A stretch of 64,000 nt of DNA from Elusimicrobiota bacterium (GTDB taxonomy: Bacteria > Elusimicrobiota > Elusimicrobia > UBA1565 > UBA9628): positions 1 to 64,000 of the forward strand of contig DAHVNA010000003.1 of assembly GCA_027319565.1 (NCBI GenBank), in the 5' to 3' direction. The notes below the pieces were generated by a model. The model saw only the letters and a list, made by a program, of their open reading frames with translations. It was not told where the DNA came from and did not search any database. Shown here piece by piece: positions 48,493 through 59,666 of this stretch. Both the position numbers and the translations under genes were made by a program. The number at the start of each line of letters is the position of its first letter. The first letter of the stretch is position 1.

Positions 48493-48963
48493 CTACGCTA
48501 AAAAAGAGCGCAACATCCAGGCCATTTTTTCATGCTGTTCCATGAGCCCTGTCAGAAAATCATTGGTACCCATATCACCGCTCAACTCACAAACCTTAAG
48601 CTGAGCTCTCAAATCTCCAATGAGAGTTTCATGATCCGACAAAAGCTCTTGAAGCATTTCCTGATCCTTAAGGCCCTTTTTCGCGGGCTCTTTAATAATG
48701 GAAGCCTCCAAAAATTCTGCCAGGCTTCCAAAAGATCTTTCGCCCAAAGCCCGCGCTCTTTCGGCGACCTCATCAATAATATCGTCCAACTCCTCATACT
48801 GCGCTTCAAAAAATTTATGGAGATCGTTAAACCTGGGTCCGACGACATTCCAATGAAAATTGCGCGTCTTGGTATAAAGGACATATTCCGTCGATAAGAT
48901 TCGGTTTAAAATACCCGCGACTTCCTTTTGGCCCTTTTCTCCGATTCCGATATTCGTTTTCAT
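48493..48963 (-). CDS. dps: Dps DNA-protection ferritin-like protein
   Basis: HWNVVG, LHKFFE, DEVAER, HEKMAWML. Confidence 0.95.
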   Translation of the reverse strand: MKTNIGIGEKGQKEVAGILNRILSTEYVLYTKTRNFHWNVVGPRFNDLHKFFEAQYEELDDIIDEVAERARALGERSFGSLAEFLEASIIKEPAKKGLKDQEMLQELLSDHETLIGDLRAQLKVCELSGDMGTNDFLTGLMEQHEKMAWMLRSFLA

Positions 48964-49466
48964 TGTTTTTCTCCTTGACATGATTTAAATCTTCCCACTT
49001 TTTGTTTTTTATCGGCGCAAGAGCGGCAAAGGCCGGAAACTCGAACCTCATATTCTTCCGCCACAAAGCCTCCTGATAATAAGGAAGGCAAAGGTAATGC
49101 ATCCCAGCGCGAGTCTCTCCAGTCCTCCATCGATCCGCAAACACGGCAAACCAAATGCTGATGGGGCTCCATATTCGCGTCTAAACGTAAAGGCCCGTTC
49201 TCGGAGGCGACACGGCGAATAAGTCCCAAATCGATTAAATCCTCAGCAATGCGGTAAACCGTCGGAAGGGGCAGGGACGGCCAATTTTTTTTGAGCCTAA
49301 GGTAAATCTCTTCGACTGTCGGATGAGCGGGATCCGCGGCCAAGGCCTCAAAAACAGCTCTTCGCTGGGCCGTCAGGCGAATTTTTCTTGAGCGACAAGT
49401 CTCTTCAAACCGGTTCAGCCACTGATTGACAAGATGCAAAGGCCTTAATTTGGAAATTAAACTCAT
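48960..49466 (-). CDS. perR: Fur-family regulator, PerR-like
   Basis: TAQR, HPTVEEIY, TVYR, HQHLVCRVCG and second CxxC; heads the dps-ccp operon. Confidence 0.8.
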   Translation of the reverse strand: MSLISKLRPLHLVNQWLNRFEETCRSRKIRLTAQRRAVFEALAADPAHPTVEEIYLRLKKNWPSLPLPTVYRIAEDLIDLGLIRRVASENGPLRLDANMEPHQHLVCRVCGSMEDWRDSRWDALPLPSLLSGGFVAEEYEVRVSGLCRSCADKKQKVGRFKSCQGEKQ

Positions 49467-49473
49467 ATGATAA

Positions 49474-49502
49474 ATATTAACATATGATATTAATTCTGTC
49501 AA
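49474..49502 (-). promoter_or_regulatory. sigma70 promoter of perR-dps-ccp, probably leaderless, overlapped by a repeat
   Basis: TTGACA-N17-TAATAT (with TGn extension), 7 nt before ATG; TATCATATG occurs twice. Confidence 0.75.
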
Positions 49503-49559
49503 GTACCCAAAAACTCTTTGCGCCCAAAGCCTTGAGAACTTGCCGCGCGGTTTAATTTC

Positions 49560-52238
49560 CTATTTCGGGGCCGGCCCCTCCACGACTTCAACCATATCCT
49601 CAGGGCGAAGCCACTGCGAAAAAGCCCGGCTCACATCTTTGGCTTTTAAATGGACATAAATCTTCGCCGCGCGCTCAGGTTCATCGAGAGAAAGACCGAA
49701 ACTGGACAAATAAAGCCAGCGCGAAGCCACTGCTCCAAAGCTGGCTTCTTTTAAAGGAATCGAGCGCAAAAGCAAAATTTTACCTTGTCTCAATTCTTGA
49801 GCGGAAACCTCTTTTTTTTGCATCGCGAGGATATCGTTTAAAGCCAAGGTTCTGGCCTTTGAAACTTTATCCGGGTCGGAACCGTAGACGATTTGATACC
49901 TTGACCGCGTGCGTCCCGCGTCCCATTCAGACCAGACTGAATAAGCCAAACCCGTCTTCTTGCGCAAGTCCAAACTCAGCCTTGAAGCGTAAAAGGCTCC
50001 GCCCAAAATTTTATTGCCTAAATTAAGAGCGTAGTAATCGGGAGACAAGCGCGTCATCCCCACCGTCTGAGCCAAAATGACCTGATCCTGAAGCCGGCTT
50101 GAATCGGGGACATTGATTTTCGAGAAGTGATTGAGCGGCACTGTTGGATAGTCGATATTGGGTTTTGGCCCAACGGCTTTCCAAGACCCGAAATAGCGCT
50201 CAATGACCGTTTTGGCCTCTTCGGGATCCACTTGCCCAATAACGACGATGGTGGCCATATCCGGTCGAAAAACCTTATGATAATATTGTTTGACGTCGTT
50301 GAGGCTTAAAGCCTTAACCGTCTTCGGAGTCGCCTGGCGCAAAATCGGATCGGTTTTGGGATAAAGCGCCTTGTCCACCCCCCGCCAAGTCAGATGATCG
50401 GGGCTTTGAAGTTCGCCGACCAATTCGTCAGCCACCTCTCCGCGGATGATTTTGAAATCATGCTTGGGAAGAGCCGGGGACAATTCATTTTCAGCCAACA
50501 ATTTGACTCCCTCTTCAAAATGACTCGACAAGACATTGAGAAAAAAGCGGGTTCCCGCGTTTTCATCGGCCGCAATATCATCGAGAGCTTTTTGAAACGC
50601 GATTCGATTCAGATTTTTACTTCCGTAAGGAAAGAGCTCTCCCAAGACCCGCTCCACTCCTTCTTTTCCGGGCACAGCCTCGGTATCGGGATTGGATAAA
50701 ATCTGTCCGGAAACCGAAACCGTGGGGCTAATCGCCTCGGGTTCCACAATTAAATGGATTCCGTTGGGCAAAACACTGACAATGGGATGAAGGGTTAAAG
50801 GCGGAATTTTTAGGCTCTCGACCGCCTTTCGCGCCCACAAGGGGAGCGGCACGGCTTTGACCGAAGAAGAGGCAAAAGATTCCTGGCCTCCAAAACCCTT
50901 GCCTGAAATCGGCTTACCCGAAGGCTGCGGAGTCAAAATCGTGGAAGCGGAATGGTCAAAATCAATATATTTTTTCGCGACGCGCGCGACATCTTCAGGG
51001 GTGACTTTCTTGATCGCCTCGATATCCTCATCGGGAGACTGTCGCCCCTCGCCTGCCACCGCCTGCGACCATTCCATCGCCAGTCCCTCAATCGAATTTT
51101 TTTGAAATTCAGCCGAAGCCACTTCCCGCCGCTTAGCCGCGGCAATAAAATCGGGATCAATTCCCTTTGACAACTCTTTTTTCAATACCGCATTGATCTT
51201 CTTGAGCAACTTCTTGGAGTTCGCTCCTTTGGGAAATCCCGCAATCGCAAAGCCCATTCCCGCCTTGGGAAGGCCTTCGTAATAAAACCCCGCAAAAAGC
51301 GCATCTCCCTTGACCTGAAGTTCATAGAGAGGCCCCCGCGGGTTCGACAACGCATCTGAAAGGATCTGAGCCGCGGCATAATCAGGGCTATCGCTACCCG
51401 GAAGACGAAAAACCACGGCCACCATGCCGTAAGAGCTGTCGGTATCCATATTCTTAAGCGAAGGTTTGACGGGGCTAAAATTGAAATCCGGCCGCTTCGG
51501 CATTTGAACCTGAGAAATCTTCCCGAAAAGCCGGCGCACCGTTTTTAAAGTTTTGGAGGGATTCACATCTCCGGTGATGACCAAAACAGCGTTATTGGGA
51601 CCGTACCAATCATTGTGAAACTTCCGAAGCATGTCCGCGCTCGTCTTATCGAAGGAAGGGCGGGTTCCCAAGGCGTCATGTTCATATGGGGTCCCTTTAA
51701 AAAGAGTTTTGAGAAGTTTCATGTAAAAAACGTAGTTCGGATCCGAGAGATCCCGTGAGACTTCCTGCTCGATAGCGCCGCGCTCTTTATCCCAGGAAGA
51801 TTTTTTGGCTGAAATCGCCCGCATTCGAAGGGCCTCGATATGCAAAACCGTATCCAAATATTGAGAAGGAACCGTGTAAAAATACTGCGTCAGATTTTGC
51901 TGGGTATCGGCGTTAAGGCGTCCCCCCACATCCGCGCCAATTTCGGCCAATTGATCCGCTGAAACTCCGGGGCTTCCGCGAAACATCATATGCTCGGTTG
52001 CGTGCGCCGTCCCAGGAAAGCCCGCGGGCGCTTCATCGGATCCAACCTCATAGTTGACAACGCTGGTCGCCACCGGCGCGAGCGGATCGTAGACGACAAT
52101 GACTCTCAACCCGTTTTTTAAAGTCTCCCGAAAAACCTGCCCGGCTGAAATTTGCGTTTTCTCTGCCCGGGAAATAAGAGGAAGCAACAAGAAACCGACC
52201 ATTAAAAACGCCCGCCGCCATTGATTTTTATTTTTCAC
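49560..52238 (-). CDS. Exported M16 (pitrilysin/PqqL-like) zinc peptidase
   Basis: Inverted HATEH (HxxEH), signal peptide, two-half architecture, SRL..DLR. Confidence 0.92.
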   Translation of the reverse strand: MKNKNQWRRAFLMVGFLLLPLISRAEKTQISAGQVFRETLKNGLRVIVVYDPLAPVATSVVNYEVGSDEAPAGFPGTAHATEHMMFRGSPGVSADQLAEIGADVGGRLNADTQQNLTQYFYTVPSQYLDTVLHIEALRMRAISAKKSSWDKERGAIEQEVSRDLSDPNYVFYMKLLKTLFKGTPYEHDALGTRPSFDKTSADMLRKFHNDWYGPNNAVLVITGDVNPSKTLKTVRRLFGKISQVQMPKRPDFNFSPVKPSLKNMDTDSSYGMVAVVFRLPGSDSPDYAAAQILSDALSNPRGPLYELQVKGDALFAGFYYEGLPKAGMGFAIAGFPKGANSKKLLKKINAVLKKELSKGIDPDFIAAAKRREVASAEFQKNSIEGLAMEWSQAVAGEGRQSPDEDIEAIKKVTPEDVARVAKKYIDFDHSASTILTPQPSGKPISGKGFGGQESFASSSVKAVPLPLWARKAVESLKIPPLTLHPIVSVLPNGIHLIVEPEAISPTVSVSGQILSNPDTEAVPGKEGVERVLGELFPYGSKNLNRIAFQKALDDIAADENAGTRFFLNVLSSHFEEGVKLLAENELSPALPKHDFKIIRGEVADELVGELQSPDHLTWRGVDKALYPKTDPILRQATPKTVKALSLNDVKQYYHKVFRPDMATIVVIGQVDPEEAKTVIERYFGSWKAVGPKPNIDYPTVPLNHFSKINVPDSSRLQDQVILAQTVGMTRLSPDYYALNLGNKILGGAFYASRLSLDLRKKTGLAYSVWSEWDAGRTRSRYQIVYGSDPDKVSKARTLALNDILAMQKKEVSAQELRQGKILLLRSIPLKEASFGAVASRWLYLSSFGLSLDEPERAAKIYVHLKAKDVSRAFSQWLRPEDMVEVVEGPAPK

Positions 52239-52256
52239 TTTTATCTCCTTTGATCT

Positions 52257-53330
52257 TCATCCAGCCGCGGCCCTGGGAGCCTTGGGGCGATTGGAATGTT
52301 TAAAGCTTAATTCCCGGCCTTCTTTAAGAGCTTTAAACCACTCGGAAATCTCCTCTGTCTTAGAGTCTATAATCTCTTTCGCCCTTGAGATTTCCGCCGA
52401 GCGCCCCTCCAAATTCTTGGCGACGATATGCTCTAAATCCTCAAGGCGATAAAGATAGACATGCTCAAGATGATGAATCTCTTCTTCAATATCTCTCGGC
52501 ATGGCGATATCCACCATGAAAAGTGAGCGCCCGCGCCTGTTTTTAAGCGAACTCTCGACCATCTCCTTGGTAATCACCAACTCCGGAGAACCCGTCGAGG
52601 AAAGGACGATATCGACTTCCCGCAAAGCCTCCTGCCGTTTTTCCCAAGGCCAAACAACTGCTTTAAAATTTCGAGCCAAGGCTTCTGCGCGCTCGCGAGT
52701 GCGATTTGAAATTAAAATTTTAGGAGATTTTTTCGTGACCAGATGGCGAATCATTAATTCCGCCATCTGCCCCGCGCCCAAGACCAAAATAGAGCTCTCG
52801 GAAAGATTGCCAAAGATGCTTTGCGCCAGCTCCACCGCGACCGAAGCGACCGAAGTCTGCCCGACCGAAATACCGGTCTCGCTCCGAACCTTTTTACCGA
52901 CATAAAGCGAGCGTTGAAATAAAATGTTTCCAATTTTTCCGGTCAAGCCTTCGCTTTTAGCCCGCTCGTAGGCCTCCTTGACTTGTCCCAGAATTTCGGT
53001 TTCGCCGACCACCAGGGAATCAAGCCCGGAAGCGACTTTAAGCAAATGCGACACCGCTTCCAAGCCGCTATAGAGATAAATATCTTCCCGGCTGGGAGTT
53101 TTGCCGATTAAATCCTCAAAGAAGCTCAACAGGACCTCCGGACCGTCTACGCCGTCGGCAAACCCGCAGGCATAAATTTCAAAGCGGTTGCAGGTCGATA
53201 AAAAAACCGCGTCCGTAATCGGACTCGATTTTATTTTTTTTGCGATATCCGAAAAAGAAAGAAGCGCGAATTTTTCGCGCAACGCCAATTCCGCGCTTTT
53301 ATGGCTAAGCCCGGCGACAACAATCTGCAT
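52257..53330 (-). CDS. hemA: Glutamyl-tRNA reductase (short C-terminus)
   Basis: STCNRFEIY, GLDSLVVGETEILGQVK, GAGQMA, DIAMPRDI. Confidence 0.95.
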   Translation of the reverse strand: MQIVVAGLSHKSAELALREKFALLSFSDIAKKIKSSPITDAVFLSTCNRFEIYACGFADGVDGPEVLLSFFEDLIGKTPSREDIYLYSGLEAVSHLLKVASGLDSLVVGETEILGQVKEAYERAKSEGLTGKIGNILFQRSLYVGKKVRSETGISVGQTSVASVAVELAQSIFGNLSESSILVLGAGQMAELMIRHLVTKKSPKILISNRTRERAEALARNFKAVVWPWEKRQEALREVDIVLSSTGSPELVITKEMVESSLKNRRGRSLFMVDIAMPRDIEEEIHHLEHVYLYRLEDLEHIVAKNLEGRSAEISRAKEIIDSKTEEISEWFKALKEGRELSFKHSNRPKAPRAAAG

Positions 53331-53341
53331 AAACCCTTTGA

Positions 53342-54193
53342 TTATCCCTTGGAAAGATATCCGTGAAGCCCGCTTAAAAAATTAACGCCAGCAAAGGTAA
53401 AGACGACACAGGCAAAGCCAAACATCGACACATAGATGGCTTTCTTGCCGCGCAGCCCCATCATGTAGCGCATATGCAGGTAGCCAGCGTAAACCAAAGC
53501 CGTAATCAAAGCCCAGGTTTCCTTGGGATCCCATCCCCAAAATCGGCCCCAAGCGTTTTCTGCCCACACGCCTCCCATGATGATGCCCACCGTCAGAATA
53601 GGAAAAGCCGCCGCGATAATACGGTAGTTGAGATTATCCAACTCCTCGATAGAAGGAAGGCGATAACAAAGAGCGATGGGTTTTCGCGATTTAATCTGAT
53701 GTTCCTGAACCAAAAGGGCAAGCCCGACGCCGAAAGCGTTGCCGAAAGCGGCATAAGAAGTCATCAAGACCAGAGGATGAATATTAATCCAATAACTCTG
53801 AAGCGCGGGGACCAAACCGGAAATTTCAGGAGAAGCGAACAAGACGGCAATCCCAAGGCTTAACGAAGCCCACGGCAAGACAAACGCGCCCAAGATTCCC
53901 AGATGATGACGGCTTTCAATCAAGAAAAAGATGACGCAAACAGCCAAGGCCAAGTAGGATAAAGCCCCGAAAAAGGTATTGATCGGAAGAAAATAGCGAT
54001 TTTCCGGAATATGCCAGAAAGAATGAATGCGAAATCCAAAACTCGCTAGATGAAAAACGATTCCAAGGCCCAATAAATTCAACATCCAGCGGCTCCAGCG
54101 CTCATCTTTGTAGGCCAAATAGATGAAGGATAAAATGGTAGCCCCCCCATAAGCGGCTAAGGCGATTTCAATCAATATAAGCTCAGGGTTCAT
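53342..54193 (-). CDS. ccsA: System II cytochrome c synthase CcsA/ResC
   Basis: WAENAWGRFWGWDPKETW (WWD domain), terminal GLHGY. Confidence 0.95.
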   Translation of the reverse strand: MNPELILIEIALAAYGGATILSFIYLAYKDERWSRWMLNLLGLGIVFHLASFGFRIHSFWHIPENRYFLPINTFFGALSYLALAVCVIFFLIESRHHLGILGAFVLPWASLSLGIAVLFASPEISGLVPALQSYWINIHPLVLMTSYAAFGNAFGVGLALLVQEHQIKSRKPIALCYRLPSIEELDNLNYRIIAAAFPILTVGIIMGGVWAENAWGRFWGWDPKETWALITALVYAGYLHMRYMMGLRGKKAIYVSMFGFACVVFTFAGVNFLSGLHGYLSKG

Positions 54194-55596
54194 CTTGGAA
54201 CCTCCATTGTATTTAAATGAGATTTCATTTCTCCCATTAGACGATTAAATTCGCTTTCAAACTCCCGGCCTCCTCTGGAACTCCAAGCGCCGATTGAAAA
54301 TTGAGTTTCGCCTTCTCCTTTTGGCTCAAGAAGAACCCAAAACCTCCGGCGATGAAGATAGAAAAGCAAAATAAGTCCTAGAACCCACAACAGCGCCCCC
54401 CCCATGACCCAGGGGTATCCCGGATCATAGGCCACTTGGATTCCGGAAAATAAAATCGGATCGACAGAGGCCAACGAAAAAGGCGGCGCTTCCGCGTGCT
54501 GAAGAGTTCCGTCTGGATTTTCTTTAAGACAAACGTGCGGGTAAAGAACAAAAAGCCACAAAGGCGGGGTCGGCTTTCCCGCGACGCTAAACAAAAATCG
54601 CACCGCCGGATTCTTGAGATCCAGAGAAGCGGTATCAGGACGCCCGTTGGAGACGGTAAAATCCGGCATCAAGATATCGGCGGTCACCGAAAACGGGGTA
54701 CCCGGAACTTTTTTAGGAACGCGCTGATCCAAAGTCAAGAAGGTTCCGCCCAGATCCAAGGTCGCGGTCTTAAACATTCCCGCCGCTCCCCAGGAAGCCT
54801 GATAAAAACGCACCCCGTGGATATCGAGAGGATGATTGACCAAAATCGTTTTTTGTCCAATGAGTTTATCTCCGGCTTTGACGCGCAAGGCCGAGGAAAA
54901 CAAACTCGGTTGAAAAGTCCCCTTGTAAAAATGGACGGTGAATTTATCCACGGAAAGAGTCCACGGGCGGTTTTTCATCGCGGCCGTTTCTCCCTCCATG
55001 ACCGGCACCAGCTCGACAAAGCCATGTAAAGCCTTGATCAGCGCCCCCAGCAAAATAATGACTAGCGCGATATGGGCGACATATGAACCCCAGCGTTGAA
55101 GACGATGTTTCGTCGCCAAAAAAGCCGCGCCGGAAGGACTATGGAACTCATCATGAACCGCATAACCTTGGCCCCTGAAAAATGAGCTCGCTTTTCCAAA
55201 AGCCTCGTCAAAGCCGAGAGAAGAATCCATGGAAAATTGAAAAGGCTTAAGACGCAGAGCTCTTTCTTTTTGAGACAAGTGCTTTTCGGCTTCTTCTTCG
55301 TCGGTATTTTCCGGAGGAAGGGCGGTCGCGCCGATATCGGGAGGTTTATTCCAAAGCTTGCAAACGACAATATCAAAAGCCATGAGCCCTAAAAGCCCAA
55401 TAAACCACCAACTCTGATAGAGATTAAAAATCCCGAAGAGATTTAAAATTCTAAAACCAAAGGGATGGAGAGAACGGTAAAGCTCGACTTTATCGGGAGA
55501 GACCGAAGATTGAGGGAAAAAGGTTCCAAGCGCGCTTGAAGCGGCAATCAAGGCTCCTAAAATGATGTTAAAGCGAATCGAGCGAAAAAGTTTCAT
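54190..55596 (-). CDS. ccsB: System II cytochrome c biogenesis protein CcsB/ResB
   Basis: GTFFPQ, YQSWWF, conserved TM His, VNHPL, YQASW, DPG. Confidence 0.9.
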   Translation of the reverse strand: MKLFRSIRFNIILGALIAASSALGTFFPQSSVSPDKVELYRSLHPFGFRILNLFGIFNLYQSWWFIGLLGLMAFDIVVCKLWNKPPDIGATALPPENTDEEEAEKHLSQKERALRLKPFQFSMDSSLGFDEAFGKASSFFRGQGYAVHDEFHSPSGAAFLATKHRLQRWGSYVAHIALVIILLGALIKALHGFVELVPVMEGETAAMKNRPWTLSVDKFTVHFYKGTFQPSLFSSALRVKAGDKLIGQKTILVNHPLDIHGVRFYQASWGAAGMFKTATLDLGGTFLTLDQRVPKKVPGTPFSVTADILMPDFTVSNGRPDTASLDLKNPAVRFLFSVAGKPTPPLWLFVLYPHVCLKENPDGTLQHAEAPPFSLASVDPILFSGIQVAYDPGYPWVMGGALLWVLGLILLFYLHRRRFWVLLEPKGEGETQFSIGAWSSRGGREFESEFNRLMGEMKSHLNTMEVPR

Positions 55597-55635
55597 CTAT
55601 TTCGAGCGCAAACTCAAAACCAGCCTCTGACCAAT

Positions 55636-56847
55636 TTATGAGGAAATAGCCGAAAGCCCCGGAAGAGTCTTTCCTTCCAGAAGCTCAAGGCTGGCTCCGC
55701 CGCCGGTCGAACAGTGACTCATCTGTTCCGAGAGTCCGCCCTGGCTTAAAACCGCGAGGCTGTCTCCGCCCCCGACGATAGTCACGGCGCCGTTTTTTCC
55801 GGCCTTGGCCATCGCTTCCGCGATAGCGCGGCTGCCGGATGAAAATTCCGGGATTTCAAAAACTCCCATCGGCCCGTTCCAAAAAATAGTTTTGGCTTTC
55901 TCAATTTCTTCCAGGAAAATTTCAATCGTATGCGGGCCGATGTCGGCGCCGATCAGCTGTTCCGGAATCGCCATCCCTTGAGTGACGGAAACTTGAACGC
56001 CCGGTTTAATTTCTGAAACCGCCAAGTGATCGGCGGGGAGAAGACAGGTCACTTTTTTAGCGTAAGATTTATCAATCACCGCTTGGGCATCCGCTATTTT
56101 TTCTTTTTCGAGAAGAGATTTCCCAATTGAAATTCCCTGGGCCGCCAAAAAGGTATAGGCCATTCCGCCACCGATAAGAAGAGTATCCACGCGGTCTAAA
56201 AGCTTGTTTAAAACCCCCAATTTATCGGAAACCTTAGCCCCTCCGATAATGGCGACAAACGGCCTTGCAGGATTGCCAATCACGCGGTCTAAAAACTCAA
56301 GTTCCCTTTGAACCAGAAATCCGACGCAAGAAGGAAGTATTTTGGGAATTCCGACAGTCGACGCGTGCGCGCGGTGAATGGCGCCGAAAGCGTCTTCGAC
56401 AAAAACTTCTCCCAGACTCGCCAAATCTTGAGCGAAAGCAGAATCATTTTTCTCTTCGCCCGCATGAAACCGGAGATTTTCCATCAAGAGGATCTCACCT
56501 TCTTTGAGGTTTAAAGCCGCCTTGGTGGCCTCAGGGCCCACGCATTCCGGAAAAAAGGCGACGGGAGTCTCAAGAATTTTTTCCAGGGCCTTCGCGACGG
56601 GTTTAAGGCTGTATTTTTCTTCCGGTTTCCCCTTGGGACGGCCCAGATGGGAAATGAGAATAATTTTTGCCTTGGCTTGGATTAAGTACCTGAGCGTCGG
56701 CAGAGCCGCGCGCAGACGGCTGTCATCTGAAACCGCCCCGCTTTTAAGGGGAACGTTAAAATCCACCCGAACTAAAACCCTTTTGCCTTGGATGGGCATC
56801 TCTTGCAAGCGCTTAAGCTTTAAAGCTGGCTTTTGAGTTTCTTCCAT
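55636..56847 (-). CDS. pgk: Phosphoglycerate kinase
   Basis: RVDFNVP, SHLGRP, GGAKVSDK, STGGGASLE. Confidence 0.98.
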   Translation of the reverse strand: MEETQKPALKLKRLQEMPIQGKRVLVRVDFNVPLKSGAVSDDSRLRAALPTLRYLIQAKAKIILISHLGRPKGKPEEKYSLKPVAKALEKILETPVAFFPECVGPEATKAALNLKEGEILLMENLRFHAGEEKNDSAFAQDLASLGEVFVEDAFGAIHRAHASTVGIPKILPSCVGFLVQRELEFLDRVIGNPARPFVAIIGGAKVSDKLGVLNKLLDRVDTLLIGGGMAYTFLAAQGISIGKSLLEKEKIADAQAVIDKSYAKKVTCLLPADHLAVSEIKPGVQVSVTQGMAIPEQLIGADIGPHTIEIFLEEIEKAKTIFWNGPMGVFEIPEFSSGSRAIAEAMAKAGKNGAVTIVGGGDSLAVLSQGGLSEQMSHCSTGGGASLELLEGKTLPGLSAISS

Positions 56848-56869
56848 TTCCCCTCCCAGGGACATTCTG

Positions 56870-57778
56870 TTAATAGATTTTTTTGCCCATCGCCGAACTG
56901 ACGAGTTCAACCGCCAAGACCGCTGTCGAGTTTTGAATATCTTCTAACGGGTTAATCTCAACCATGTCTAGCCCAAGAAGTTTTTTGGACTCGGAAGCCA
57001 TTTCCATAATCAAATGAGACTCGCGGTAGGTCAGCCCGCCTCTTTGGGTCGTGCCGGTCCCGGGAGCTTGAAGCGGGTCAACCGCGTCGATGTCAAAACT
57101 GAGGTGAAACCCGGCGGTCTCGTTATTGACAATTGACAGCGCCTGCTCCATTACCCGCGCCATCCCCATGCGGTCGATATCTTGCATGGAAAAAACCTTG
57201 ACCCCCGATTCTCGTAAATTATCGGCTTCACTCTCATCGACGGTGCGAGTTCCCACCAAACACACGTTTTTAGGATCCACCTTGGGCGAAAAGCCGCCTA
57301 AGCGGACAAAAGGCGCATGTCCCATGCCGATGAGATGCGCGACCGGCATTCCATGAATATTGCCGGAAGGAGAAGTTTTAGGCGTATTGATGTCCGCGTG
57401 AGCATCTACCCACAAAAGGCCGATCAAAGAACCTTTCTTGCGATAAGCCCCGGAAACTCCCGACACCGTTCCCATCGCCAAACTATGATCTCCCCCCAAG
57501 GTCAAAGGCAAATGTCCGCCACGCGCGATTTTGCGAACCTGCTTTTCCAAATCGCGGCAGACTTTGAGTATTGCCGGCGCATTTTTGAGCTTCCTGTTTT
57601 TATAAGGAGACGGTTCTGGAACGGAAACATCTCCAATATCTTCAACCGAAAGCCCGATTTTCTCAAGAGACGAAATCAACCCCGCGCGGCGAATGGCCGA
57701 AGGCCCCCCGGATGCGCCCTCTTTGCTGGCGCCCAAATCGATAGGGGCCCCTAAAACGACGACTCTCCGCTTATTCAT
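56870..57778 (-). CDS. rocF: Arginase
   Basis: GGDHS, DAHAD, SGNIHGMP, SFDID. Confidence 0.93.
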   Translation of the reverse strand: MNKRRVVVLGAPIDLGASKEGASGGPSAIRRAGLISSLEKIGLSVEDIGDVSVPEPSPYKNRKLKNAPAILKVCRDLEKQVRKIARGGHLPLTLGGDHSLAMGTVSGVSGAYRKKGSLIGLLWVDAHADINTPKTSPSGNIHGMPVAHLIGMGHAPFVRLGGFSPKVDPKNVCLVGTRTVDESEADNLRESGVKVFSMQDIDRMGMARVMEQALSIVNNETAGFHLSFDIDAVDPLQAPGTGTTQRGGLTYRESHLIMEMASESKKLLGLDMVEINPLEDIQNSTAVLAVELVSSAMGKKIY

Positions 57779-57788
57779 GAGGAAATAA

Positions 57789-58859
<1,071 letters not shown>

Positions 58860-58861
58860 CT

Positions 58862-58890
58862 ATCCTACCGCTTTAAAAGGCGATTTTCCA
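58862..58890 (-). promoter_or_regulatory. Candidate sigma70 promoter for the gap operon
   Basis: TGGAAA-N17-TAGGAT ~50 nt upstream of gap ATG. Confidence 0.4.
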
Positions 58891-58910
58891 GTTTTGCTAT
58901 GATAATTTCT

Positions 58911-59666
58911 ATGGAATATCCAAAGGTTCGCTGGGGCGCCTTGAGCCTATTGTCCTTATGGCTTAGCGGCTGTGCCTCCTATTACACCCCCAAATCTCTT
59001 TATCTGGAAGACCCCTCGCTTTTACCAATCCACGTGACAGTCCCCAATACCCAGGTTTCTGTCGGCATCGTCTTTCTCGATTCTCCCAAACTGGTCCATT
59101 TCTTTTTCACCCGGGAAGGTCTGATCAGACAAGACATTCTACCGGTCTTAATCTCGATCTACTCTAAGGATAAACAGATTTATTCGGCCCGACCACGCTC
59201 TTTCTATTTTGAAGAAGACGGACGCGTTTATAAGCCCATCTCTCCGGAAGAAGTCTTTGATGTTGCATGGCAAAGCAAACACCCTTATATCGTCGTCAAA
59301 AAGACTCTCTACTATACGGCTCTAACCGTCTTTACCATCGTAACCCTGGGCCTGGGATCGATGATCTGGGTTTTACCCACGCCCTTTAAGCAACCCACGC
59401 CAGCAGACGATCCCTTTGGAAGAGATCTCGCTTATAAATCATTCCCCAAAAAAGCGCTCATTCAACCTGACACAATGACCGGGGGAATGATCTTTTTCCA
59501 TATGACCGATAAGATGAAAGATCCGGCTCACGCCGCATTTGTCATCCATTTATCCCAGGAAAATTCGTCTTTTAGCGTTCACTCGACATCGGTGACAATC
59601 AAGACCTCGGACCAGGAAGATTCTCAAAACGCCATTGACGTTCTCAAAAATCTCTTTAACTATTGA
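58911..59666 (+). CDS. Hypothetical lipoprotein with an internal hydrophobic segment
   Basis: Lipobox LSGC; internal segment [18 protein letters not shown]. Confidence 0.65.
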   Translation: MEYPKVRWGALSLLSLWLSGCASYYTPKSLYLEDPSLLPIHVTVPNTQVSVGIVFLDSPKLVHFFFTREGLIRQDILPVLISIYSKDKQIYSARPRSFYFEEDGRVYKPISPEEVFDVAWQSKHPYIVVKKTLYYTALTVFTIVTLGLGSMIWVLPTPFKQPTPADDPFGRDLAYKSFPKKALIQPDTMTGGMIFFHMTDKMKDPAHAAFVIHLSQENSSFSVHSTSVTIKTSDQEDSQNAIDVLKNLFNY

